The notes: generated by a model from the letters alone, not told the origin. Positions 13,922 through 25,792 are shown, numbered from the stretch's first letter. The stretch is 64,000 nucleotides of DNA from Asterias rubens (GCF_902459465.1 NC_047069.1:8494001-8558000), one strand, 5' to 3'. Numbers and translations are program-made.

Positions 13922-14315
13922 TTAAAGGCAGTGGACACTGTTGGTAATTACTCAAAATAATTATCAGCATAAAACCTCACTTGGTAACAAGTAATGGGGA
14001 AAGGTTGTTAGTATAAAACATTGTGAGAAACGGCTCCCTCTGAAGTGACATAGTTTTCGAGAAAGAAGTAATTTTCCACGAATTTGATTTCGAGACCTCA
14101 AGTTTAGAATTTGACGTCTCGAAATCAATCATCTGAAAGCACACAACTTCGTGTGACAAGGGCATTTTTTTTGTTCTTACATAATAATCTCGGAACTACG
14201 ACGACCAATCAAGCTAAAAATTCACAGGTTTGTTATTTTATGCATGTGTATGTTGAGATACACCAAGTGAGAAGACTGGCCTTTGACAATTACCAATGGT
14301 GTTCAGTGTCTTTAA
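13922..14315. mobile_element. TTAA-type MITE, family A
   Basis: TTAA|AGGCAGTGGACACTGTTGGTAATT ... AATTACCAATGGTGTTCAGTGTCT|TTAA. Confidence 0.85.
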
Positions 14316-15588
14316 TACGGCTTTTGCCAAATTGATGCCATGCCAACGGAACTGTTCAGTGGTGTTTCTTTAGAATGTAAACCAAATCCATGAGTATTTT
14401 AAATGGTAAGATGAGTTGAACATACGAAACGATACATGTCGTGACACCTGTTGCACATGCAATCAATCGCTATGTATTACCCAGAGATACGTGTTCTTCT
14501 TCTTTTCCCCTTTTTTCCCAAAGTCTTTAAGGCTGTGGGATTAAAAAAAAAAAAAAATTGCGGGAAGTGGTAGCTAATTCCTAAATGTATAAATACATAT
14601 CTTAGAGTTTCAAATACATCGAACTAAATGACAGCCACTGGCAATATGCCTTGTGATCAGCATGAAGGCAATATTGAAAAGGAGGCTATTCGTCAAACGT
14701 AATGATGCGTATCGATAATAAACCTTGTTGGAAAGACCTGGCGGAATTGAGAACTTGCTTTACTTGATGGATTCAAGACATTGTCCCGCGTTTTCCAATC
14801 ATTTAGGGATGTAATTACACAATTTTTATTAAAGGTTAATTATTCTTCCTAGTATCTGCAGTCAGCACTATACGCATAAACAAATTGAATGATAACTGTG
14901 ATTTTAATTTGTTTTTGTTCGACCTTAGACGAAAGACGAAACGAAATCTATACTGGTAATGCTGCGGGTGGGTTGAAACTTGAATAAGGCTTGTTGCTCT
15001 TAATATGACATGGATCCGGGAGTAAAAAATATCGACAAAACTTGACATTGTCATTGATGTGTTACTTCATTTGTTGTACTCACATCAAATGTCTTTTAAA
15101 ATTGAGGGCTGATCTGAAGAAAATCATACAAATTAATATGATTCACATTCCCATCGATTGTAATGTTCGAACAAATGGATTGGAAAGCCTTAACCAAAAG
15201 TGGGATCAAACTGTGTATGAAAGACGACATCTCATTGTGGTTTCTTGGGAGCAGTTTTCAACTGACATTTAATGGATCTTGATTATTGGGATTCTAAAAG
15301 GTAACTAATCTGCTTTGAGTGGAACGACTGTATGTATTATTATTATTAGGGTCCTTAAAAAGAGCAGTTCGTTGGTTAATCAAACGGCTGACATCAGTTA
15401 TACCTTATATCAAACATACTTGTAAATATTGTATTGGTGATAAACATGGTCGAACAAGATGATAAGATGCGTAAACTCAATAATTGAAACCTTAATACAT
15501 TTAACATTACTTTTTACTTTATTCGTTTACAAGCAGAACAAAACCCACAACTACAGATTATGAGTTGTTGTTACACAATACACACGAA

Positions 15589-16014
15589 TACTGGACACTT
15601 CGGCAACTCGCAAACTCGGCACCTGCAAACTCGACACCTTGCAGACTTGGCACCTTGAGAACTCACTCGGCACCAAGAATTTCAGCACCATACAAACTCG
15701 GCACCGGCCTTTTATTGACTAACAAACTCGGCACCAAGCAATATCACTACGTACGTGTACTTACACAATACAACAAAAATAGTTTGATAGTTAGTAGCTT
15801 TTTAAACGCTGTTAATGGCAAAATACTAGTTATGGGAGTTTCAAGATAAGAATTCCGAACTTTTGAGAAAATTTGGGCCCCCAGGAAATTTACCGTCATG
15901 GCACTTTGGTGGGACTGAACTTATGATCAAAAATGAGGCCGGCCTACCACGTAGTTTGAAAATCGAACTTTTTCAACTGGGTGCCGAGTTTGCAAGGTGC
16001 CGAAGTGACCGGTA
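15589..16014. mobile_element. Non-autonomous DNA element with subterminal AACTCGGCACC repeats
   Basis: Terminal inverted repeat TACTGGACACTTCGGCA / TGCCGAAGTGACCGGTA. About 7 degenerate AACTCGGCACC units at the left end and 2 inverted units at the right end. Confidence 0.65.
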
Positions 16015-16502
16015 CCCATACACACATACACAGAGATACATTGTATTTGAAGAAAAAAAAACACTGGTCCCTTGTTGTAGTTTGTACTATGTTAATAAAT
16101 TGTTGTATGAGTATAGTTTCTAACCCGCAATATCTATCTTGACTAAAGACTAAGTTGGTGCATCTAAATGCAATAGTCGCTTCAGTGCTCCTTTTGTAAC
16201 AACGGACACGCGTTGTTTTAATTAGGAAATTCCTTTATTGATCATTAAACGTATAGCATAATCTTTCCCGTATATATGGTTTTATTTATACTGATACACG
16301 TATTCTACAATCAATATACAGTAATGTGAAAACCACAACAATTCAAATCTGTACAAAAATAATAATAGTATTGTTAACTATAAAGCTGGCGCGTAGTATA
16401 CTTTAATTCATTGCTAACTATCACTTTTTTTTCACTTTTGCAATTCATATTTGAAACTCAAATATTGGTTTTTAAAATTAAGTTTGGCCCTAAAACAAAC
16501 CC

Positions 16503-16832
16503 TTAAAGGCACTGGACACTGTTGGTAATTACTCAAAATAATTGGTACAAGCAATGAAGAGTTTTTGATTGTAAGAAGCTTTTATTTTTTTAAGAAAGAG
16601 GTGGTTTCTCACTCAAATATTAAAAGACTTCAGGTCTGAAGCCTTTTTAGGAATCTGAAGGCACACAAATTTGCACAACAAGGGTGTTTTTTCTTTCACT
16701 ATTCCATTGGTCATAACTTCTATGACCAATTGAATCAACATTTTCACAGATTTGTTACTTTATGTATGTTGATGGAATACACCGAGTGATAATACTGGTC
16801 TTTGACATACCAAATGTGTCCAGTGCATTCAA
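16503..16832. mobile_element. TTAA-type MITE, family A
   Basis: TTAA|AGGCACTGGACACTGTTGGTAATTACTC ... GTGTCCAGTGCATTCAA. Confidence 0.75.
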
Positions 16833-16977
16833 AGAAAGAAAACGGCTCTCCGTTGACACACCTTATTTAAAACTAATTTTAAAATCTCATTTGTCATTTG
16901 TAATCATTTTCTATGTACGAAGCCTTTGTGATTACCACGGCAAACTTGGTAAGTTACAGAAGAAAAAAGAGAGAACA

Positions 16978-17015
16978 AAAACAAACAAACAAACAAGCGA
17001 AAAACAAACAAACAA
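16978..17015. repeat. (CAAA)n simple repeat
   Basis: AAAACAAACAAACAAACAAGCGAAAAACAAACAAACAAA. Confidence 0.7.
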
Positions 17016-17972
17016 ATTAACCCAACCATAAACAAATTAATAGGGGAAAAAACAAGGATCAAACACAAAACAAAAACACCTAAAAACACTACAGTTTGTG
17101 AAACATTAACCGGTTTGTCACAAAAAGGTCCGTTTAAAAGCAAGGTCTCGGGTTTGTTAGTCTTCCTACACATGATTTAAACAAATACTATTGGAATAAT
17201 TAGCATGGTCTTAAGTAAACAATGCACCCAATTAATTGTAGAGAGTCTCTTAAGTAAATGGTGCTGTTGCATGTCAGTTTGTATAAAATATTGATACCAT
17301 GGCATGTTGATTCCCAAGATACGAAGTCTATTTAATATGGCATGCATGTAAAGGCTTCGCGTTCACCGACTTGTTATTTATTAAACTGATGAGTTTGATT
17401 TTTATTGTGCATGGGCCACTATTGAATTAGCCTTAAAAGCTTCACTTAATCCTGAATTCTTGCCCTAAGATCCACTTACCACCGAAGATAAATAACATTC
17501 AAACCCCCATAAGAGGCACCGTCCCATGGTAAGTCAGCGTCTCTCTGGCCGTCAATTCATCAGTAAGTCTATGTAAAGAGATGGGATTGTCTCGCGAATG
17601 TCAGACGTCATGTATGCAATCGTTCAGATGTAATTAGATCATGTCATATAGTTCGCATTAATCAAATATGATTGGTAGTGGTTTGTTGTCGTGTATTATA
17701 GTCGTCCTGTCGAGTCATCCTTCTAAGTGGATGGAATGCCGCCACCCAGCCCTTTCCAGCTCACTCTATACACATAATTCACTTGTCTTACTCTTAAACA
17801 TATCCACGAATTAATATATTTGCCTTTTTTTCAGTTTGTAACTGATGAAGCTTAAATTTGGTGGCATGCATCTTGTATATTTTATAAAGTGTTCAGTTCG
17901 TGTCACACTTTTTAAGCCATCACACATATTTTAAACTTTCGTGCTTAAGAAGATAAAGTGTTTCGCAAAGTA

Positions 17973-19172
17973 CTACATTCTAGATTCTTGAGTCCTTGAT
18001 GATATGCCACATTGGACAGTTACTGTACTTCCACGTACTGAGTTCTCTATCCTTTGTCTTTGGCTAGGCCGGCATTGTGCCGGAAAAAATGAAATTCTGA
18101 AAGACTCTCTGTACGTGCTACTCAACGCAGTATATATCACGGGGTTAACGATCGCATTGAAATAGGAAGTTACTCTGGCCACAGCAACCAGATATATTCT
18201 CACCTCTTGGGGTAATAAGAACTGGTCGCCCCGGAGCATTCCGACAAGATGAAATAAGGACATGATCTCGAAAGGCGCCAAAAGTGCAAATAAAGCAACC
18301 CCATTAATAACCAACATCCGGGCTATTTGGTTACGTGTGGAGGAGTCTCTTGTGTGAATGCGATGATTTGAATGATGACTGCGGTTCATGGACTTGTCAA
18401 GACCTCTTATTATTTGATGGTAAAAAATTGCATTTGTTACGAGGGAACAGAAAAATGGAATCGTTTGTACACCGTATGAGTACCTTTCGGACCATTCGTA
18501 CATAGGGTAGAACAGATATCTTACCCTGGGCCACTCGTTGTAGGGGTACCTGTCCGGCCAAATTATGCATTCGATATAGACTTTGGAAAAACTCATCAAT
18601 AGGGATGCAGATATAAGACTGGATACCAGAGTTGAAATAACAACGAGTGTGAAGACTGTAAGTTTTGTATCCCTTTTACGGTGTGGCCTGCAAACGCCAT
18701 TATAACGCTCCCATGACACCAACGTGATGAAACACAATGTTGCAAAGTATGACATGTTAATGATGAACTGGGTGAGGAGGCACCCAGACAGTCCGAGAGG
18801 GGTGTCATCAGTGTAGATTGGCGAGTAAATGTAGCACCATATTTTGCTCCCTATGGCGAAAACCAGGAACAGTATATCAGCAATAGCGAGCCCAACGAGA
18901 TAACAATTAGTAACGGTCCTCATTCGAGGTACTCGTGCCACAACGTAAATGAAAGCAGAGTTGTTCAGCACTCCAATGGCCATGACGATAGGGAGGATCA
19001 CTGTCACGAAAGCCACCTGCCCATCACTGTATGAGTTTTCCACGATGTCCTCCGGTGAAGTGAAATTGGAAGACATTAAACAACCTACGTCGGAATACTC
19101 TGATGGCTCAGTCCAGAACCAGTCTTGGTGATAGGTAGCATTTGAAAACACCTTCTCCTGTAATGAAGACAT
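17973..19172 (-). CDS. Class A (rhodopsin-type) GPCR, peptide-receptor-like (TRH/ghrelin-motilin receptor-like), intronless CDS, 399 aa
   Basis: Seven hydrophobic segments; TM1-2 MRTVTNCYLVGLAIAD; TM3 Cys and ERY; TM7 NAIVNPVIY; N-glycosylation sequons NAT and NFT in the N-terminus. The first ATG is at 19172 in a GCCATG context; the ORF-track start at 19235 is a GTG. Confidence 0.93.
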   Translation of the reverse strand: MSSLQEKVFSNATYHQDWFWTEPSEYSDVGCLMSSNFTSPEDIVENSYSDGQVAFVTVILPIVMAIGVLNNSAFIYVVARVPRMRTVTNCYLVGLAIADILFLVFAIGSKIWCYIYSPIYTDDTPLGLSGCLLTQFIINMSYFATLCFITLVSWERYNGVCRPHRKRDTKLTVFTLVVISTLVSSLISASLLMSFSKVYIECIIWPDRYPYNEWPRVRYLFYPMYEWSERYSYGVQTIPFFCSLVTNAIFYHQIIRGLDKSMNRSHHSNHRIHTRDSSTRNQIARMLVINGVALFALLAPFEIMSLFHLVGMLRGDQFLLPQEVRIYLVAVARVTSYFNAIVNPVIYTALSSTYRESFRISFFPAQCRPSQRQRIENSVRGSTVTVQCGISSRTQESRM

Positions 19173-20295
19173 GGCGACTAGGCGAGTGATGGTTCGCACA
19201 AGTTTCAGTCGTACCACACTTTTGTATATTTTCACCTCGGCTACAACTCCAACTGTTTTCTTGAGATCGGTTCAAATCAACTGTCTCAGTTGGCGTATTA
19301 AAAATTCGAATTCTGCAACGATAGCAACATAATGTTTCTCCACACACTGAGTAAATAAATATTTTTCAATTGATATAATGTTGTAGTTGTTCAGCATGGT
19401 TTAACAATTTGATAACCACAAGTTGTATTTCTGTAACGTACATAACCAAGCCTCCAAAGGCCATCTGGCTTAGTGGCTAGTTCAGGAAAGCTGATCTCCA
19501 ATTGTCAAGTCAGTTCTGAGTGACGCCACCCATAAACCGTTGTAAAAACTACTTGCCGTATTCACTCTGTCTCACTCAACCACAAACCTGTTTCGTCAGA
19601 CGGTCCACCGATCGTTTCTTCGTCCAGAATCCGACTGAACCGAAATGACAAACAGACGACTAATGGAGCATTGGATAGCTCGTCAAGGAATACGCGTGCG
19701 CACAATTGTAATCAGTTTGTACGACGTTGCCGGTGATGCGGAGACTTGCATCAAATTAAAATAGTGCATTAAAATGTAATTAATATAATAACAGTGGATA
19801 AACTTAATGGCTTTGTGAAGTCACGAAATTATTTTATGATATCCAATAAGGAAAAACAAGCATCGTGATAGTATTTTCGAAAAGGCAGGTTGATGTACAT
19901 GGTGTTTTATTTTTTGATTTATGCTACTCGTGATACTCGGAAGTCTCTGGATTTACTAATCAGGTAGTATCGGACTTAATTAGTCTGGATAAAGTATATT
20001 CATATTTATGACGCCTCCAGCTCGTACAGAAACCACCATATCAAGTGTCCTTGTTGTTGTTGTTGAAATGGTCATCTGCAAAGTTGATGAATGTCTTCAC
20101 ATTTTTTGTTTTTTCGTCTAAATGTTTTTGTAAGTAATGTCGATTTGGACAACTACTTCAACCCCATGATTTGTGACACGTAGTGCGGGATTAAGCAATT
20201 TATCGATATGTAAACTGCTCACAAAAAAGTTACGAAACTTTTTTGAATCAAGTATATCCTTAATATTTATTACTCGTTTCGTATATGTTATTTTA

Positions 20296-20764
20296 TCAAT
20301 GCAAAGCTGAAGTGTTCCTCTTAAAAATGATACCACAATTACAATGATTAGATGTTGCTGAGTTTGGCTACATGAATCACAATGAGGCAAAGTCACAAAT
20401 CAAATGTGCCAAAACTTATAGTGCTGTGCTAAACGTCAAATGATCTATAGTCAAACCGGTCAAGCTTCGGAACCTTGGATGGTTTACACAAAGATTTGCA
20501 CCAAATAGCCCCCATTTCTTGAAAAACACCTTCTTTGGATATTAAAAGCTTGTCTCAATAAAGTGGATTAACATCAGTGAGTTGTCTTGCTTGTTTGAAT
20601 TACAGTGTCAACTTGTTTGTTCACACAGTAACACAACATGGTAAATGTTTGCACATTTGATTTGTGACTTTGCATCATTGTCATTCATGTAGCCAAACTC
20701 CGCAACATGTCATCATAGCAAATGTGGTATCATTTTAACGAAGAACACGTTAGCTTTGCACTGA
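20296..20764. repeat. Inverted repeat with ~115-bp arms and ~240-bp spacer (MITE-like)
   Basis: TCAATGCAAAGCTGAAGTGTTCC...GCAAAGTCACAAATCAAATGTGC (20296-20408) matches the reverse complement of GCACATTTGATTTGTGACTTTGC...GCTTTGCACTGA (20650-20764). Confidence 0.8.
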
Positions 20765-21071
20765 TAGCAAAACAAATACAAAGAGAGTAACGCATAATAA
20801 AGATATAACTGATTTAAAAAAATTCCTAACTTTGTGTGAGCAGTTTGTTTGAGGTAACTTCAGACGTCAAATAAGATGAGGCGTAATATTCAGTTTCTAC
20901 ATTTCGATGAGGGCGCCATTTACTCGTTTTGGCTTACAGTTAGAGTGTGGCATATTCTGTAGTACGAGTTTTTTCCCCGCATATCATAGTAATGCTAGTG
21001 ATGTTTAAAGCTTTGCATGGTGTGCAATAATAAGAACAAACTGAACATAATATTGACACAAAAATGGTAGA

Positions 21072-21147
21072 CCTATGAACGAGCGGAGTATACTCTGCGA
21101 AACGTCGAGACCAAATCGGCTCTTTTCAGAGCCAACACTCCCTCAGA
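21072..21147 (+). mobile_element. Solo degenerate copy of the Penelope-like terminal segment seen at 4416-4688
   Basis: GAGCGGAGTATACTCTGCGAAACGTCGAGACCAAATCGGCTCTTTTCAGAGCCAACACTCC matches 4561-4621. The CTGAAGA box is degenerate (CTATGAA). Confidence 0.7.
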
Positions 21148-21646
21148 ATAGATAGAGTATATTCATTGTGTGTCAAAGGATTGTTATTTTTATGATGGAA
21201 GAGTTATTTTATGGTCAAAGGAAAAACGTTTATCGGGTAGTCTTTTTTGCCTGTTTAAGGGCAATTTACCTTAAGAAGAATTTGGCGATAGCAGTCATTG
21301 AATCAAGCATTATTTTTTAATACGAGTCGCCAATAGAAAATTTCATGACTTGTGGAAGAGCTCAATGTGCAAGACGTCTTGGTGCAAGACGTTTTTGTTC
21401 ATTGTCTCTCCACTGTTGCGATTCCCCGCTCCGAACCGCGCACACGATAGCGGGCGCTGTTTTGAAAATTTTCAGATCACCACTAAAAAAATCATCACCG
21501 CACACAAAATAACTCATCAAAACTTTTTGCACAAAGAATATTATGTACTCCTGCTTATAGTTCTCAGTCATCATCAAATATCTTGCAGATACACCGTGTC
21601 GGATCCCCATCATCAAAATAGTTGTTTCTTACGGGTTGCATGATAA

Positions 21647-22002
21647 GTCACACTTAGAAACACACGGAGAAAAGCAATACAGACAAGAGATTGTTTTGCG
21701 AGTAGTTAACTGTATCTTTATTTGCGACTTCATTCATGCATTTAATTCAAGGGTATATTATAACATCAACAGAACTGTTAGAGTTTGCGAAAATAATTAG
21801 CAAGTTTGCTGTATTGGCGAAATGTCACACTTAGAAACACACGGAGAAAAGCAATACAGACAAGAGATTGTTTTGCGAGTAGTTAACTGTATCTTTATTT
21901 GCGACTTCATTCATGCATTTAATTCAAGGGTATATTATAACATCAACAGAACTGTTAGAGTTTGCGAAAATAATTAGCAAGTTTGCTGTATTGGCGAAAT
22001 GT
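21647..22002. repeat. Tandem duplication, 2 x 177 bp, apparently identical
   Basis: GTCACACTTAGAAACACACGG...GTATTGGCGAAAT starts at both 21647 and 21824. Confidence 0.92.
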
Positions 22003-22558
22003 TGTGCTTTTTTGCGGAACTAAAAGTATAGTAGTTCAGAAGACCAATAAAGTATAAATCGAAATTCTTTTAAAAAGAAACACCAAACTGATATTTGTGG
22101 TTCATGCCGCTTTCATTTTAGTATTGTCACTGGCAAATTCGTTTTGATGAGCTTTCAAAAGAAACGCCCTACTCTTATGCTTTTGAAACACGTCACGCAT
22201 AAGCCTTACATGTGAGTTAAAATCACTAAGTCTTTTAAATGTGACAATTCCGTAAGGTTTATGTTGTTCAAATATAACACTTATAGCTATTTGCTCTTTA
22301 AGAATACTTAAAATTCAAACCAGTTTGTGCCTTGCAAAGTTAAAACAACACATAACCCCCCAAAATACGGTTAGCTCCAATAAAGTCATGTGGTATAGTG
22401 TTATTGACGCTCAATTTTTAGCGTTTTGTCCAGCAAGTAAACAATAATGACATTTATAACTTTTATCGTCAGATACGAAAAGGTCAAATGGAAATCAATT
22501 TTAAGAATTAATTATTGTTTGGAGGAAGAATCGAGACGAGTTATCGGTGCATTCCATT

Positions 22559-24165
22559 CTAACCAACTGCTGAAAATATCTCACACACAGCGTTACTGCC
22601 GTCTTTGGGGGTGACATTATACACACAGTCAACTGCATTGAAGTTGCTTTCGCATCCCTCTGTCCAAGTAAGTGGAGTCATGTAACTAAAAGGGACATAA
22701 CACAATTTTACTTATAATATTTTCCGTTACAGACTAGACCAATGTATTCTTGGTGGGTGGCTTATAGGCTTATTTGTATTGAAAAACGCAACATTTGTGT
22801 CACCGGTCGTTGTGTTGTTGCCGCGAGATCTATAAAACGTCACACGTTTAATTGTTATTAAAAAACCGTCTGGCCAAAACTAAGTTGATTTCCGGAAGTG
22901 TGTTTAAAACATGTTTAAAACAACTACAACCACTGAAGCAAAATGGACCAACAAAGAAACTGATGAGAACTTAAAATCTTGAATTATGATGATAAAGGTA
23001 CAAGAGAAATTCGAGTCGGAAAACATTCCATATACCAAAAAATTATGTGCTATGCCATGATTTTCGGTGCGGCAGGAGATTCTGTTCTTCCGGAGATTTG
23101 GTCTCCTATATGGCAAACTGTGTACAAATTTCTTCTTACGCCCTCTCATGAATCATCCTCCTCCAGCCCATGTTAATTTCCCGGATGGGGAACCAAATCT
23201 CCGGCGGACAGAATTCCCTGTCATACCAGCAGTTGTGTCGGTTTTGAAGACGAAATTTAAAGTACATTGAAAACAAAATAATTTTGATAACAACAATATC
23301 TGAACTTTATCGAAATGGCCGAATGTAAAAGTTGAAGTGTACAATTGGCGTGAAAGTATAAGATGTTTTTTATTTGATTATTGTTCGAAAATTATTGTGG
23401 CATGTAAAGGGGGAAATCCAAAAACACTTACCTGGTGCAGCAAGACTTCACTTGTCCATCAGCAGAACAAGAACAGCTGTTGCAACCTTCCGTGAACTGC
23501 GTGCCTGCCTCACAGGTTGTAGCTTTGAAATTAGAACAATAAATATTTTATCAACAAGACGAAGTCTGCATTTTAACACACACGATGAGCTATTAACTAT
23601 TCAAACTCTTAATCGTGTGACCTTCGTCAATGAGTCGTGATATGCACTGATGGACACTTCGGTAATCACTGTTAGCATACAAACTTTATTGTTAACGATC
23701 AATGGAGAGCTGTTGATCTTTTAAACATAGTGAGAACGGCTCCCTCTGAAGTAACGTAGTTTTCGAGAAAGAAGTTATTTTCTACTAACATAATTTGATT
23801 TCGAGACCTCAGAATTTGATTTTGAGGTCTCGAGATAAATCATCTGACAGCACACAAGTTTGTGTGACAATGTTTTTGTTTGTGTCTTCCATTATTATCT
23901 CGCAACTTCGACGACCAATTGAGTTCAAATTTTCGCAGATTAGTTATTGTATGCAATGTTGAGATACACTAAGTGAAAAGACTGGTATTTGACAATTACC
24001 GAAGGTGTCCATTTTGTCTTTAAAATATTGCTTGAAATTAAATGCAACGTTTCAAATACTGACATTGTGCTTTGATGACTTACCCTCATTTTGACACGAT
24101 GCTTCAGTATCTGCGACCAGCGCCAAAAAGCCAACAAGGGCAACAAGGAGGAATAGCTTGGCCAT
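22559..24165 (-). CDS. Beta-microseminoprotein (PSP94/MSMB family)-like secreted protein, 99 aa, 3 exons
   Basis: Exons 24165-24084, 23522-23432 and 22685-22559 join with GT-AG sites in phases 1 and 2 to give MAKLFLLVALVGFLALVADTEA-SCQNEATTCEAGTQFTEGCNSCSCSADGQVKSCCTSYMTPLTWTEGCESNFNAVDCVYNVTPKDGSNAVCEIFSAVG*. It has a signal peptide and 10 Cys in PSP94 order (SC...C...CxxCxC...CC...TP...C...F...CxYxV...C). A TATATAAAG box lies upstream. Confidence 0.85.
23073..23220. mobile_element. Small hairpin MITE (CAGG...CCTG) in intron 2 of the microseminoprotein-like gene
   Basis: CAGGAGATTCTGTTCTTCCGGAGATTTGGTCTCC vs the reverse complement of GGAACCAAATCTCCGGCGGACAGAATTCCCTG. Confidence 0.55.
23642..24023. 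mobile_element. TTAA-type MITE, family A, in intron 1 of the microseminoprotein-like gene
   Basis: Internal GAGAACGGCTCCCTCTGAAGTAACGTAGTTTTCGAGAAAGAAG. Right end GGTGTCCATTTTGTCT|TTAA; left end degenerate. Confidence 0.75.
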
Positions 24166-24255
24166 TTTTCGGAACGAGTGAAGAATTCTTTTTGAAAGTG
24201 AAGTGCGCTAACTTTTCCTGCCGTGAGAATGATATAACTCTGAGCTCGCAAGGAC

Positions 24256-24264
24256 TTTATATAG
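24256..24264 (-). promoter_or_regulatory. TATA box of the microseminoprotein-like gene
   Basis: Minus strand TATATAAAG, ~90 bp upstream of the ATG, with a TCATTC Inr-like motif ~25-30 bp downstream. Confidence 0.55.
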
Positions 24265-25792
24265 AAGATCAATTGTAAATCGAACCCGTTCACGTGGAGA
24301 GAGATTGCAATTAAGATTTTGTAAAGGAACTAAGCGTGACCAATTAATGACACATGTGTATCAAATGATCCAGCCAAACAGATGTCGATGTGTATCAAAA
24401 TTTCGGTCTATATTACAATCTTACCATCATCATTAAAAGGGGAGTTCGATTTTTACAATAATTACCTTCGTTACAACGCCATGTTCTCTTATTCTGACGA
24501 ACGATAATGTCGGCTCTTGCTATATTTAAAATTGTGACAAATTGTGACAAATTCGTTGACTTATTTCAATTAGGAAAAATACAACTCTAAGACTTTAGAA
24601 CTTTTCTCTTCTTCTTTTCGCCCTTTTTAATATAACAATTAATTAGGTTAGGAGGTTTATTGGTTCACGGTGTAGATTTCTTCTGACTTACATTCAGTAT
24701 TTCCACTAATTGAAGATTATTTTGCATAAACCTGAGATGGAACCCATGAGTAATTCATTGGAATATTTTTTTATTATTTTTTTACTTTATGACGCGCTCG
24801 TATTTGGTTTAATCATTGATACTGTCTTCCCTGCACGACACCTGTCCTCGTACATATTACTTTTCGTGTTTTTATTGTAAATCAAATTAAGTACTGTAAT
24901 ACTGTCTTGGTTCGTAAGGTATATTGTTTTTCTTCTGAACTTTTATTGAAAATCCGAGGCCATGTTATTAATTTAAAGATGATTGTTACAGAAAGATACG
25001 ATCATGTTTCTCTACTTTTTTTTTTCTTTTTTTTTGACAAATCAATGTCGACTTACAATCCTTATAATTTAATGTGGCAAAACTGCAAGGCTGAACAAAA
25101 GTTTATGAACTCAATCTATACTCTCTCTCTCTATCTGTGCTATCACGAAATATTAGGATATAAAATGCATGAAATTCTCCATGTACACACAATCATTTAT
25201 GCAAGCACTCACTCAGTCGACCCAATTTGTCGCGTTGCCGCATGTTTGAGTCGGGCTAACACACCCATATACAATATATTATGTTTGTTGATTGGTTTTC
25301 AAAATGTTTGTTATATAATATTAATCCTTGGAAGTTTCAGACTGACATAATGACTAAATTGTCTTATTTAAGCCAGTTAAACTGTAAGCATCTTGTGTTC
25401 GTCCATTTTGTTCATCTTGGATAAAGCAACAAAATTCTGCTATTGCTTCATCAATAACCAAACTTTTCAAACTGTTTATACACCTATGACACATTGCATA
25501 ATTTGCGTTCTTCCCCGTTTTGTATTTGTGTGTGTCAGTGTTTTTGTGTATGTGTTTCGATATCTACCGCTAGACGCTTGTTTATAAATATAGTACAGTT
25601 ACTTTATTATTAAATGAATATTAATTACATGTCAATGATGAACCAACATATGTGTGTATCTCGAAGTGATAAGCCTTTCTTTTTTGAAAGCGTAAACCAC
25701 CATATACGACCGTTTCACTCTGCGAACATCTCAAGGCTGATGAGTTGCCATGTACGTGTTTCAATCTTAGAGCTTTTCAACCCATGTGGGAT

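Noticed and set aside
23139-23219. Alternative third exon giving a pacifastin-like CTREFC ending
   Set aside because: It lies within a MITE terminus and has a poor pyrimidine tract. The 22685 exon instead completes a 10-Cys PSP94 pattern with a better acceptor.
24907-25350. 147-aa plus-strand ORF
   Set aside because: TTG start, poly-T and CT-repeat derived composition, antisense to the MMP 3' region, no domain.
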